Virus record (IMG/VR): IMGVR_UViG_3300020436_002755
Span: 1 to 54,322 of that record
Direction: 5' to 3' (one strand)
Length of the DNA stretch: 54,322 nt
Source: a virus
Taxonomy: Duplodnaviria; Caudoviricetes
The position numbers were made by a program, and so were the translations under genes. The notes under the pieces are model-generated. The model made no database searches. It worked only from the letters and a program-made list of their open reading frames with translations, and was not told where the DNA came from. Below, piece by piece: positions 35,501 to 44,464 of the stretch (positions are counted from its first letter, which is position 1; every line of letters begins with the position of its first letter).

Positions 35501-36256
35501 TGGGTTTCCAGCACCAGATGTAACTCCGAGTGCAACATTGCCAAAGAAAGTTGCATTAGCATTAGATGTCAGATTTGCACCGTTGAATAAACTTAATGCA
35601 CCTGTTTGCGTTAAATTTGCTGAGGATGAAAGATTTGATGATATAGTTGTATCTGTTCCAGCGATTAAAGTATTACTTGTAATATGAGTATTACCTGAAT
35701 TAATAACTGTATTCGTTGAATCTGAATGAACAATTAAATTTGCTTTTAATGTCGTATTTGCATCAACTGTTAAATCTGTTCCATTGACATAAACATTTGC
35801 TCCTGTCGTTGTCAAATTTGCAGATAATGTTGCATTAGCACTCAATTCAATCGCACCAGAATGCCCAACAATTTTTTGAACATATACATCTTTCCATGAT
35901 GCAGTAGAATTTCCTATGTCATATGTGATTGTTGTATCTGGAGTTATATTTGAACTAAGATTTGTAATCGCACCATTACCAGTTAATGTAAAAACACCAT
36001 TAACTGATACATTACCATCAACAATAAGATTTTTAGTTACACCTACACCACCTTTAAAAACTACACTTCCTACCGTAGAATTAGAAGCCGCCGTAATATT
36101 AGCGAAAACAGTTTGAGGTTCAACGTTAGAGAAAAATTTTTCTATCGATATTTTTTTATTTGTAGGCGTTCCTGCAGGGTCATCCACTACCAGCAAGATA
36201 TCATCCTTGCTGATAGTGGTCATTGCAGTAAGACCTGATATGCGTTTATCTGCCAT
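32525..36256 (-). CDS. Long tail-fibre/virion fibre-like protein
   Basis: 1243 aa, rich in G/A/S/T/N/V; repeats S(T)SNTTG..V.GG.G..K.V.. and TAAELNVLDG; D.TPQLGG.LD motif; C-terminal HNKDGEWEFFSRN...INMERMIRKLE. Confidence 0.8.
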   Translation of the reverse strand: MADKRISGLTAMTTISKDDILLVVDDPAGTPTNKKISIEKFFSNVEPQTVFANITAASNSTVGSVVFKGGVGVTKNLIVDGNVSVNGVFTLTGNGAITNLSSNITPDTTITYDIGNSTASWKDVYVQKIVGHSGAIELSANATLSANLTTTGANVYVNGTDLTVDANTTLKANLIVHSDSTNTVINSGNTHITSNTLIAGTDTTISSNLSSSANLTQTGALSLFNGANLTSNANATFFGNVALGVTSGAGNPKGADTALLTIDASNTISSSNTTLQGTNTVVSSNVTMSGANVNITGTNNYITANTTLTANLNITGANVHIEPSGVANVYVKGNITTTGNTSIGDDLSVAGNVNVTDTTESTSNTTGSIVTAGGLGVKKNVRVGGNLTVHGNIHANGNITADGGTVTLGDSDSDTVQFNADLGSSLIPSADSTHDLGTNTDRYRFLYVDDVIATGNVNASGDVTATGNVSGSFGNFTDNVKISTDKSLQLRDDTEFINSNADGEITIGSATKVTITTTSLNTSANTTLAGQTANVTANLFIEGANTKISSANTTIDATKTTIAGTDLVVTANTTLPQFTSNTTLVTTSANTNLGGSVNISGNVEMSGTANIAGNVFLGANITVGTSSAGVAMTFHANGDVVLNSNSTSEFIKLDTKRNELFSNVNIDLEQHLIAGESVYVKDGKSINFGAQMTINDTTSTEGTLLLEDGTASDSGTDNGSFLLEDLASDRLASNSTGMIFGGDMILDGTQISSANGVINLGTYGGLANGVIRVSDAYNLPNTAGSNGQFLRLISGNLVFSSGTGVNMVDLVDDVTPQLGGVLDIGNHSITSDSSANVVIAGNTSVASDAGVKLGSSASQYVFVRDSNGRLGINTRSPGASLDVAGTVLVSNDSEFRAELKVTNHNGTDEGLVLGSTMVTATAAELNILDDATVTTAELNVLDGISATLSAADLSAVENFQETVSATTSAVTIASAKDLDVAGHDGSSNGLKLNGTLVTSTAAELNVLDGITGVTTAILNKLQIAAGGTEGQTQAERFIHTDSENRVDFTVLDGSKPGQIKVANVVISGTTTSSSNTTGALKVTGGAGIAKSVNIGQKLTVFGNTTFNANVTMPGTVTDNRIFYDYTADDLNLKIRSVSIGSTSTSTSDIGATANNVLTIGNGVAPTSLPDGQAYLYAKDVSGETHIHTMDEGGNETQLGPHNKDGEWEFFSRNVKTGKVTRINMERMIRKLEDFTGEKFIETE

Positions 36257-36284
36257 AGTCCTACTTTAACTTAATGTTGCTCTA

Positions 36285-37067
36285 TTACGATTGTACAGTA
36301 AAATTCGTATTAGAGGTTGCTAAAAGCCAATAATCAGTTCCATTTATTTTACATCTAACTCTTGTATTAGAACCAGTATCTGCACAATTAGCAGAAACCA
36401 AGACATTATTGTTACTTGCTTGATGAGCATTAACTACAGTATTAGCGGCATATGTACTACTGACATAACCAGCAACGTTAGATCCTAACTCAAAAAGATA
36501 TCGAACAGGATATGCTTGTGGTTGATAAGCGGCGGAATTACCACCACCGTCATCTAAACAAATAAAAGCATCTGGCTTCACTGCACGATCACCACTGGAA
36601 TCAGCCATATGAACTTTAATACCATATGCTCTTGCAGTACCAGCACCGTATGAGGTTCTAATTGAACTTGTATCAGCACCGTTTGTTATATCAACTTCTG
36701 CCATCACACCTGCTACTACACCAGTAACATTAGCAAATGCGCCTTGAACATTAGCAGTAAATTTTGAACCATATAAAAATTGAACGGTTCTTTCAGTTGA
36801 TGATGTTTTTGTGAAGTTTGTAACAGACGAAATCGGTACAGTTTCACCAGATGTGGCATCATTACCAACATTTTGTGTCGCTTTAATAAATGTTCTACCT
36901 GAACTGTCACCAGAATTGGTCACATGATTTAAATTTCCAAAAAGATTGAAAACTGAGACTTTTTTATTAACTGGACTACCTGTAGGATCATCTACGACAT
37001 GTAAAATATCAGCAGATGCTATGCCGGTCGAGAGATCCGTCAAGGCAGTCATTTTCTTATCAGCCAT
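36285..37067 (-). CDS. Virion structural protein sharing its N-terminal module with the fibre protein
   Basis: Start MADKKMTALTDL (37067, GGAG SD); first ~45 aa paralogous to the 1243-aa protein. Confidence 0.7.
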   Translation of the reverse strand: MADKKMTALTDLSTGIASADILHVVDDPTGSPVNKKVSVFNLFGNLNHVTNSGDSSGRTFIKATQNVGNDATSGETVPISSVTNFTKTSSTERTVQFLYGSKFTANVQGAFANVTGVVAGVMAEVDITNGADTSSIRTSYGAGTARAYGIKVHMADSSGDRAVKPDAFICLDDGGGNSAAYQPQAYPVRYLFELGSNVAGYVSSTYAANTVVNAHQASNNNVLVSANCADTGSNTRVRCKINGTDYWLLATSNTNFTVQS

Positions 37068-37139
37068 TGTTACTCCAAAGAGAGTGTTGGGACTCAACCA
37101 AGACTGTTCATATTATAAAAGAAAAGTAAAAGGGATGTT

Positions 37140-37415
37140 TTACTTTTCCTCGTTTTCTTGTTTTGTCTTCACACTATTTTCGTTTAATAATTGGTCTAGA
37201 ACTACTCTAGCACCATGTAATCCACTTAATTCATAACGAATAGTTTCTTCTAATTTATTTAGTTCTTCTTTCTGTCGGCCGATGCGATCCAACTCGTTGG
37301 ATTGTTCTTCGAACATTGCATCGACCTCATTTTTTTTATAAACTAAAATTTCAATCAACTCATTATTTGTATATGTTTTATCAACTGTTTTTAACAATGA
37401 AATATTGTCATCCAT
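37140..37415 (-). CDS. Small coiled-coil protein
   Basis: Heptads ending in LHGARVVL, similar to 32279..32515; GGAG SD. Confidence 0.6.
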   Translation of the reverse strand: MDDNISLLKTVDKTYTNNELIEILVYKKNEVDAMFEEQSNELDRIGRQKEELNKLEETIRYELSGLHGARVVLDQLLNENSVKTKQENEEK

Positions 37416-37440
37416 TATATCTCCATAATAATATTAAAAA

Positions 37441-37740
37441 TTAAGAATCAGGAAAATCTGAATCTTCCAAGTCTGTGCTTGAATCAATTGCTACGCATAC
37501 AAGTGGCTCATAAAACGTACTTGTTGATGCGGTGGCAGTACCTTCGGCATATCGTGTTTTTGTTCTTTTTGCAACAAACCCTTGATGAATGACACCTTTA
37601 CCGGCGGCACTCGCTACGGCGGCTTCTGTAGCATCAACACCAAAAACATCTGACTTTCTAGTGCCTACAGGTGCGTTGGAATCTGTAACCAAAAATTTAG
37701 GTTTTCCTGCATCTGTATCTTTATTTGTAAAAAGAGGCAT
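37441..37740 (-). CDS. Small virion-associated protein
   Basis: MPLF...KPKF...VFGVDATEA...H.G.V...E.LV pattern; AAGGAG SD. Confidence 0.6.
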   Translation of the reverse strand: MPLFTNKDTDAGKPKFLVTDSNAPVGTRKSDVFGVDATEAAVASAAGKGVIHQGFVAKRTKTRYAEGTATASTSTFYEPLVCVAIDSSTDLEDSDFPDS

Positions 37741-37748
37741 TTTACTCC

Positions 37749-37940
37749 TTAACTAAATTTATTTTTATATTTTTCATAGGCTTCTGGTGAAGCGAAACCC
37801 TGATCTGACCATTCTGAACTTGCTACAACTTTTGGTGCAGGCTTAGGTGCTGGAGCAGGCTTAGGTGCTGGTGCTACAGGCGCTGGTGCTACATCCTCAA
37901 TAGTTGCGGACTTTACTTCTGTTTTTTTGGCTTTTGCCAT
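37749..37940 (-). CDS. Small Pro/Ala/Lys-rich protein
   Basis: Likely start MAKAKK at 37940 (GGAG SD); APAPVAPAPKPAPAPKPAPK linker. Confidence 0.6.
   Translation of the reverse strand: MAKAKKTEVKSATIEDVAPAPVAPAPKPAPAPKPAPKVVASSEWSDQGFASPEAYEKYKNKFS
37833..37890. repeat. Short coding tandem repeat (PAPK/PAPA)
   Basis: GCAGGCTTAGGTGCTGG occurs twice, 18 nt apart. Confidence 0.7.
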
Positions 37941-37941
37941 A

Positions 37942-38460
37942 TCATCTCCCAAATCCAATATTAATTAATTGTTTAACAGAATTTTTTGCATTAAAAGGTG
38001 TATGTAAGACACCTATACCACCATTATCTCTCCATTCTTTAATATTTTTTGGATGATCATCAATCAAAACGTTACCTCGACCATCTCTTCCGTCAGTTGC
38101 AAAGTGTTTTTTATCTTGTCTTTGCACGGTATATACTCTTGATTCATCTATTTTAAGATATTTCTTACACCATTTTTTTTTATCTATTGAAGCCTTTTCA
38201 AAACTAGATCTAGGGGCGGCTGTTAATATGTATGGGTCAAATTTTCGTATGAAATTCCATAAGACTCTATAATCAGGCATTGGTGGAAGATTGAAAAAGA
38301 AATCAGGTTGATTATCTAGAATAGACCATCGTGTTTCTCTATTTGCTTCACGAAAATCAACACCAAGGGCATCGGCCGCTCCCCCTAGGAAATCGACCAA
38401 TACCATGTCCATATCGCAATAGATTTGAGGTTCGTCAAATTCTCTTAGCAAGTTCTTCAA
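37942..38460 (-). CDS. HAD-superfamily 5'(3')-deoxyribonucleotidase-like protein
   Basis: IYCDMDMVLVDF, FFFNLPPMPD, ILTA, K..W, VLIDD...NI.EW...GG.G. Confidence 0.85.
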   Translation of the reverse strand: MKNLLREFDEPQIYCDMDMVLVDFLGGAADALGVDFREANRETRWSILDNQPDFFFNLPPMPDYRVLWNFIRKFDPYILTAAPRSSFEKASIDKKKWCKKYLKIDESRVYTVQRQDKKHFATDGRDGRGNVLIDDHPKNIKEWRDNGGIGVLHTPFNAKNSVKQLINIGFGR

Positions 38461-41122
38461 TATTTGCTCTCATTTGATCCATCATGCCTCCAGTAGTATA
38501 TTTTTTAGCATACTCTTCAGCATATTGACCTGGTGAAATTTCTTTAACTGTACCTTCGGTACCTGCACTATCTCCAATTACGAATGAATTTTCTGCAGTT
38601 GTAACATTTACTCCAAATTCTTTGACCATTTCTACAAATTGATCCATATCCGTATTAGGTCCAAAGAATTGAATGACATCTTCTTCGCAGATTGTTGCAA
38701 GAGGTCCATGCTCGTATTCTAATCTCATCTTACCAGATTCGCCAATCGGAAACATCTGAAAACTTTCAGGATGTGTTACAGAAATACCCATCATGTAACT
38801 CACCATGTCCTCAAATCTCTTAAACATATCTTGACTATTAACGACAACTGAACTTTCTTTAATTAAATTATTAGGTTGTCCAGGAGTAACTTGTTGATAT
38901 TTTTTAGCGAGTTTATCTGTTCCGTCTTCGCCAGCACCACCTTGACCATCAGCAACGACTTTATTACGCTCAAGTCTTCTGCTCTCTTGAATTTTATTCA
39001 ACTTACTGACAGTTTTTGAGACTTCTTCACTTTTTTCGGTTTTTTTCTGCATATTCTTCTTAGCAATTGCTTGTTGAAGTGCAGGTGGTAATTTTTTTTG
39101 ACCTGATGTCAGTTCTTCATTTGCGAGATCTGTTTTTTGATAACCTTGAGATGCTTTTTTATCTCTTAGTTTCTTAAACATATCTACACGTTTTTTAACA
39201 CTGCCCTTATCCATAGACATACCCATACCCATATGTGCTTCGTCTTGTTGCTCTTTTTCAGCCTTTTCTTTTTCATCTTGTGCAGATTGAATCTTTTGCG
39301 TTTTTGCTAACTTTGCTTTAAAAGCATCAGTTGCTTGCTTAATTCTTTTCTTGTCTGGTGAATGTCTCTTAATTGTACCACCTGCTCTTTTATAGGCGGC
39401 AATTTTATCAGCATATGCTGACTCAACTTCATTAATCTCATTACCTTCTTTGTCATCATGAGGTATTGGCTCACCATTCGCATCTTTTTCATGATGATCT
39501 ACTAAATCAACAACCTGAATCTGCTCATCACGAGACATAGAAAGATATGTTTGTGCAAGCATATCAGCAGATGTAAAAGCACCATCAGACATCGTGTTAA
39601 GTTGATGCTCTTCTTTCATACCTGTTTTACGCTTGCCCATTGCTTTTGCAATCGCTTTTCTGCGTTTCATAAGGTAGTTATCAGATGAATCCTTATCACC
39701 ATCATTATCGACATCACCATCTTCTTGGCCGACAGGATCCATTTTTTCGTTTGTTGGAATCATTTTAGTCTCCTCTGGAATTACTTCCTCAATATACATA
39801 TTGAGTTCGTATCGTTTGTTATCTAGGTTTGCAACCTGGACATGTAGTTTTTGCTTCTTGTCCGTACCTAGGATATAACGATTTGTTTTACCGCTAGAAG
39901 GTTTTCTTGGACCTGTTGCAACTTTGTTGTCGATATCATCTTTATCGACTGTGTATCCTCTTTTCTTTGCAACTGCATAAGCATGTTGCATAGCAGATGA
40001 GAAATCTTTATGATAGAGTTGGTAATCAGACTTTCTTGCTTCATCTAATCCTGCTCTTTCTCTTTGTTTTTTCTCTCTTTCCTTTTTCTCGGCTTGAGCA
40101 GTTTTTCTATTAGCATAAGGTGGTATTTTCATGTCATATGCTTCATCATGAATATCATAATTCATATTCAAGTAATTATCAAATGAAGGTGAAAGTCCCT
40201 TATATTGTTTCATTATTTGTTTTGGAAATGTGCGGTTCATCATATCAAGTACAAAATCTCTTGGGTCTGTATCACCTTCGATATCTTTCGCACCTGGCAT
40301 AATACCAGCCATTGCTTTCTTTGCAATATTCTCAAAATATGATTTATCAATACCACCACTTCTATCAGAGTATCCTTTTAGTTTTGCACCAAATGCCATG
40401 AGATCTCTTTTTGCATTTTCTTCAAGTGCTTGATTGTGTGCATGATCAAACTCTTCTTTACTAAGAGTTTTCTTGATAGAGTAATCAGCAAATTTTTGTG
40501 CTTGTTGTGCTTTTTTCTTTGCTCTCTTAGGATCTGATACTGACATTTCTCCTCTACTTTTTCGATCTGCTTTATCCATTGCACGATATGCCATGTCACC
40601 TGACATTTCTTTCACTGGTTTTCCTCCCTGAGAGATTATACCTTTATGACCTTTTTTGTTCATAGAAGCAAGATGAGATTTTGCATCATCATGACTGTCA
40701 AAACTTTTAACTGTGATTTTACCAAACTTTGTCTTAGCAGTTTTTACATCGTACTTCTCGCTAATCTTAGTATCTTTCATTTTAGGTTTAGTATTCACTT
40801 TTTCTGCTTTCCTTTCGAGTTTGGTCTCACTCTCTTTTTCTTCTTTTTCTTTTTTTAGAATGCTTCTAATACGCTCCACTTCATCTTTAGAAAATTTTGC
40901 CATTGGATTACCTTTATCTTCTGGAGGAGGCGGAGCCTGTGCCTGTTGTTCCTCTTCTTTAGGTGCTCCATTAGCATCACCATTACCGTTTCCATTGGCT
41001 TTGGCTTCTTTTTCTTTTTTCTTTTTATCGTCAGGGTTTTCACCTTTTTGATAATGATGAACATGGATATCTCCCTGTTCTTTCATTTGTGAAAATGGTC
41101 CGTCATGAAGTGTATTAAGCAT
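38435..41122 (-). CDS. Large modular charged protein, putative head-internal polyprotein
   Basis: 895 aa of short modules separated by hydrophobic-x-E sites; includes DPVGQEDGDVDNDGDKDSSD..L..RRKAI and QKKLPPALQQAI modules. Confidence 0.65.
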   Translation of the reverse strand: MLNTLHDGPFSQMKEQGDIHVHHYQKGENPDDKKKKEKEAKANGNGNGDANGAPKEEEQQAQAPPPPEDKGNPMAKFSKDEVERIRSILKKEKEEKESETKLERKAEKVNTKPKMKDTKISEKYDVKTAKTKFGKITVKSFDSHDDAKSHLASMNKKGHKGIISQGGKPVKEMSGDMAYRAMDKADRKSRGEMSVSDPKRAKKKAQQAQKFADYSIKKTLSKEEFDHAHNQALEENAKRDLMAFGAKLKGYSDRSGGIDKSYFENIAKKAMAGIMPGAKDIEGDTDPRDFVLDMMNRTFPKQIMKQYKGLSPSFDNYLNMNYDIHDEAYDMKIPPYANRKTAQAEKKEREKKQRERAGLDEARKSDYQLYHKDFSSAMQHAYAVAKKRGYTVDKDDIDNKVATGPRKPSSGKTNRYILGTDKKQKLHVQVANLDNKRYELNMYIEEVIPEETKMIPTNEKMDPVGQEDGDVDNDGDKDSSDNYLMKRRKAIAKAMGKRKTGMKEEHQLNTMSDGAFTSADMLAQTYLSMSRDEQIQVVDLVDHHEKDANGEPIPHDDKEGNEINEVESAYADKIAAYKRAGGTIKRHSPDKKRIKQATDAFKAKLAKTQKIQSAQDEKEKAEKEQQDEAHMGMGMSMDKGSVKKRVDMFKKLRDKKASQGYQKTDLANEELTSGQKKLPPALQQAIAKKNMQKKTEKSEEVSKTVSKLNKIQESRRLERNKVVADGQGGAGEDGTDKLAKKYQQVTPGQPNNLIKESSVVVNSQDMFKRFEDMVSYMMGISVTHPESFQMFPIGESGKMRLEYEHGPLATICEEDVIQFFGPNTDMDQFVEMVKEFGVNVTTAENSFVIGDSAGTEGTVKEISPGQYAEEYAKKYTTGGMMDQMRANIEELAKRI

Positions 41123-41130
41123 TTTTTCTC

Positions 41131-41523
41131 CTACCAGGCTTTACAACTCCAGTACCTTGCTTTTGTGCGTGGTCCTGGATTGTCGCAGTTATGGCGAGCC
41201 CGAAATGATTTTCTTCTCGCTGGAATATTTTTCTTTATTGTCATATTTTTATCGCCAAAATTAACTTTGACAACTTTACCTTTTTCGTTTCTGACAAAAA
41301 CTTTTGATTTTTTAACATCACCAGCCATAGGTTTTCCAAGTTTAACTTTTCTGCCTTGATATTCTGCTTCATCAAGTTCTGCATCCTCTAATTCAACTTC
41401 TTCAGACTTTGAACCTGCAGGTACGCAATTAGGGACCATTCTATCTCCCTTCTTCTTCATACCTCGTTGAACGTAACCTGTCCAACATTCGTCAAATTCG
41501 CAATAATTCTTGAAACTTTGCAT
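41131..41523 (-). CDS. Putative internal head protein, two modules
   Basis: MQSFKNYCE; CWTGY...MVPNCVP module; after LDE, AEYQGRKVKL...ARHNCD..PGPRTKARYWSC module. Confidence 0.7.
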   Translation of the reverse strand: MQSFKNYCEFDECWTGYVQRGMKKKGDRMVPNCVPAGSKSEEVELEDAELDEAEYQGRKVKLGKPMAGDVKKSKVFVRNEKGKVVKVNFGDKNMTIKKNIPARRKSFRARHNCDNPGPRTKARYWSCKAW

Positions 41524-41530
41524 GGCTTCC

Positions 41531-41848
41531 TTATTTCTTAATTAATCTCTTACCACCCTTTTTAATCGATGAAACGAGAATTGGTTTCCCCTTGCGATCA
41601 GCATTTGGGTCATGTTTTCGTTTTGCCTTAGCGGCGGATGCTTTCTCTTTTTTTGAAAGTCTTGCTCTTGTTTTATTTGACATACATTTTGGTTTTGGAC
41701 CGTCTCCTTTTCCATCACCATCTTTGTCATCTCTGGCACAATCACCAACAACTTCACCTTTAGTATTCACCCTCTTCCATCCACCATCGGGATGAGATTT
41801 ACTAAACCAGTTTCTCAAATCTTCGTGAAAGTGAATGAAAGATCTCAT
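41531..41848 (-). CDS. Putative internal head protein
   Basis: MRSFIHFHE then DLRNWF...GGW...G.CAR...PKC basic module. Confidence 0.65.
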   Translation of the reverse strand: MRSFIHFHEDLRNWFSKSHPDGGWKRVNTKGEVVGDCARDDKDGDGKGDGPKPKCMSNKTRARLSKKEKASAAKAKRKHDPNADRKGKPILVSSIKKGGKRLIKK

Positions 41849-42045
41849 TATTCTTTCCTCCAGCCACCGCCTTTACCCTTATACCATTTGGCGGCCCATC
41901 CATTTGCATAAGCGGATGGATATACATCAAACTTTGATTTTGCAAGTGCTTTTGCTCTCGACCAAAGTTTAGGATTTGTTGGTACGTTTTTTTCTTCTAA
42001 TGTTTGAGGTTCTAAACCAAAATAAACGTCTTTAAAATTTTTCAT
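41848..42045 (-). CDS. Putative internal head protein
   Basis: MKNFKDV...TLEE then KNVPTNPKLW...AKSKFDVYPSAYANGWAAKWYK..GGGW. Confidence 0.7.
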   Translation of the reverse strand: MKNFKDVYFGLEPQTLEEKNVPTNPKLWSRAKALAKSKFDVYPSAYANGWAAKWYKGKGGGWRKE

Positions 42046-42053
42046 TTTGTTCC

Positions 42054-44060
42054 TTATAAACTTGTATATAATCCTGTAACTTCTGTAAATACATCTCTTA
42101 ATGCCTCTGCATATACACCAGTTACAGAACGAACTACTTTGTAATCTAATTTTCGTATTCTACCAAAATCCATTTTATATGTATCATCTGGCATCAATGT
42201 AATTTTAACATGATTAATGCCTTTTGAATTTTTACCTATTCTCATGTGCAATGACTTTTCTTTCTGATCAACCATAAGATTTTTAGCACCTGTCATCGCA
42301 ATAAATTTACCACCCCCTAGTTGTTGTAAAAGTGTATTAGCATCAAAATCATATTCTTCTTTCATTTTGCTAAGATGCTTCTCGACTCTTTTAGATTGAG
42401 CCATGTGCATTTTTGATGCATTTTTTAATTCTTTAGCGACCTTTTTTAAATCATTATCTTCGTTCATTGATTTTTTTCTTAGACCTTTGATACGTTTAAC
42501 CAGATCACTTTCACTCTGTACTTTTTTCGGCAACCCCTTATGCTTTGTGCCTGCAAAATCTTTAACATCTTTTTTGCTCATGTCTTGAGCCGCCTTTTCT
42601 GCTTCTGGTGATCCACTTGCTTCACCTTTTTGTATTGCTCTGACAAGACCAAAGAATTTCTGTTGTTGCTTTGATACTGCTTTTTCTTGAATATCCTCTT
42701 TCAATAACTCATTCCACATACCAACTCTAAGTGAAACATAGTTAGGTCTAATATTTCCAAAATCAATATTTTTCTTATCCAGAATTTTTGCATCGGGGTA
42801 AAACTGCTTGGCAACATGATCTCTAAAATCATTAGGAATCGTACCTATCACCCTCATAGACTTACCAGTACCAACTTTAGATGCTCTTACATCAGTATTC
42901 CATTTTGATTTCATGTACTTTTTTAGTTCATTGGCAGTTGCTTCATCAAGACTTTCTTGTACAGGTTCTCTATCGGTAAATCGTTTATCTCTTGGTGTTG
43001 CTCGTTTTACTGTCACTCTATTTCTATCAGCAGATGATCTAAATCTCATTTTTTCTTTTTGTTTAGTTCTGGCCAAACTATCTGTTTTTGTCTGATATCT
43101 TCCTGTTGGTGTGCTTACAACAACATCAGTGGCCTCATTCATTTTCATCCATTCCTTAAACTGCTCATCTGTATCGTCTATATTTTTATGTTCAAGAAGA
43201 TGAGTATTCACTTTTTGCATAGCATATTGCTCTTTTACCTGCCCTATTTCATGACCAAGTTTATATTGCTTTATTGCTTTTTCGTAAATAGATTTTAATA
43301 TTTGTAAAGAAATACCAGAAACTTCTGCTTTTTTCTTTAACACATCCATTATATCTTCATCTATATCTTCTCTCTTAAAAATATCTTTGAATGTTGATGA
43401 TTTCATAGTGACCTTTTCTGGTATAATTTCTTTTTGTACTTTGATTTTTTCAGATAGTGCTTGTAATTTAAGACCTTTACGTATTTCATTGAACAATGAT
43501 TTTGCATCTTTATCATTCAATCCTGGCAGACCCTTTGCAAACTCATCAAATTTTCCTTGAACTGCAAACCCTCTCAACTTTGATGCTGACATACCTGATA
43601 TACCTTCAGCATCAGGATCTCTATCACCTGCTGACACAACATCTATCGAATCGAAATTATAAAAACCGTGAGGTTTATCTTGATTGTTATATTGTTTTAG
43701 AAGTTTGCTAAAATCATTTACTCTATCTGACCCTACAACCATAATTAATTTTTTATAACCTTTGCTATAAAGAGATGAAGCGGCGTGGAGTGCGGTGGGC
43801 TCTTTTGGAAAGGTTCTAGCATTCACATCTCTACCAAACATCTTTTTGGCATAGTGAATTTTTCGCTCAAAAGGTAATGGATTCTTTTTAGCATCTTGAC
43901 TTGAACTAAGATACACAAACCAATCAGCAGAACTTCTACTAGCAACATTCTTCAACTTATTGAGAAGTTTTTCGTGTCCAATAGTAGGAGGATTCATTCT
44001 ACCAAATGTAAAAACTGCGGTTCTTCCTTCTAGTTTTTCGTGTAAATCTTTAAGTCGCAT
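42054..44060 (-). CDS. Phage cytidylyltransferase-like (HxGH nucleotidyltransferase) fused to multiple small modules
   Basis: FTFGRMNPPTIGHEKL, KNPL, MVVGSDRV, SAG.RDPDA...MSASKLR; about 450 aa of additional modules. Confidence 0.85.
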   Translation of the reverse strand: MRLKDLHEKLEGRTAVFTFGRMNPPTIGHEKLLNKLKNVASRSSADWFVYLSSSQDAKKNPLPFERKIHYAKKMFGRDVNARTFPKEPTALHAASSLYSKGYKKLIMVVGSDRVNDFSKLLKQYNNQDKPHGFYNFDSIDVVSAGDRDPDAEGISGMSASKLRGFAVQGKFDEFAKGLPGLNDKDAKSLFNEIRKGLKLQALSEKIKVQKEIIPEKVTMKSSTFKDIFKREDIDEDIMDVLKKKAEVSGISLQILKSIYEKAIKQYKLGHEIGQVKEQYAMQKVNTHLLEHKNIDDTDEQFKEWMKMNEATDVVVSTPTGRYQTKTDSLARTKQKEKMRFRSSADRNRVTVKRATPRDKRFTDREPVQESLDEATANELKKYMKSKWNTDVRASKVGTGKSMRVIGTIPNDFRDHVAKQFYPDAKILDKKNIDFGNIRPNYVSLRVGMWNELLKEDIQEKAVSKQQQKFFGLVRAIQKGEASGSPEAEKAAQDMSKKDVKDFAGTKHKGLPKKVQSESDLVKRIKGLRKKSMNEDNDLKKVAKELKNASKMHMAQSKRVEKHLSKMKEEYDFDANTLLQQLGGGKFIAMTGAKNLMVDQKEKSLHMRIGKNSKGINHVKITLMPDDTYKMDFGRIRKLDYKVVRSVTGVYAEALRDVFTEVTGLYTSL

Positions 44061-44065
44061 GTAAA

Positions 44066-44073
44066 TATTTATT
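44066..44073 (-). promoter_or_regulatory. Late-type promoter AATAAATA
   Basis: ATAAATA core 5 nt upstream of ATG 44060. Confidence 0.55.
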
Positions 44074-44464
44074 ATCCTTCGTAGGCTACGAGTTCGTTAT
44101 TTTCACCAACGTAAAATCTTTTACCTTTATGCTCAACGATAGTATGAGTAGCCTCAAAGGCTTCCTTCTTCATTTTTTTGCCTTTTTTGACTGTCTGCAA
44201 AACTCTCTGATACACTTCTTTATTATCCATGATGAGTTTCAGAAGTTTATCAAAAATTCTCATCACCATCATTCGTTGTGGCAATGTAGGCGTTTTACCA
44301 TCATCAAGATCTTTCATGAGTTTCGTGAATAACGCAAGTTCATCTTTTGCGATAAGACCTTGAGTGGCTAATCTTCTCAATCGTGTATCTACACCTTCAG
44401 ATAAAGTGATATCAATCATTTTACCGTTGAGCGTTTCAAGCAATTGTTTTTCTTGATCTAACAT
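44072..44464 (-). CDS. Hypothetical protein
   Basis: 130 aa; LRRLATQGLI motif after LSE. Confidence 0.65.
   Translation of the reverse strand: MLDQEKQLLETLNGKMIDITLSEGVDTRLRRLATQGLIAKDELALFTKLMKDLDDGKTPTLPQRMMVMRIFDKLLKLIMDNKEVYQRVLQTVKKGKKMKKEAFEATHTIVEHKGKRFYVGENNELVAYEG

Noticed and set aside
37068-37150. Hairpins in the intergenic region upstream of the MADKK gene
   Set aside because: The stems are short or AT-rich and match no motif I can name; they are indistinguishable from chance without covariation data.
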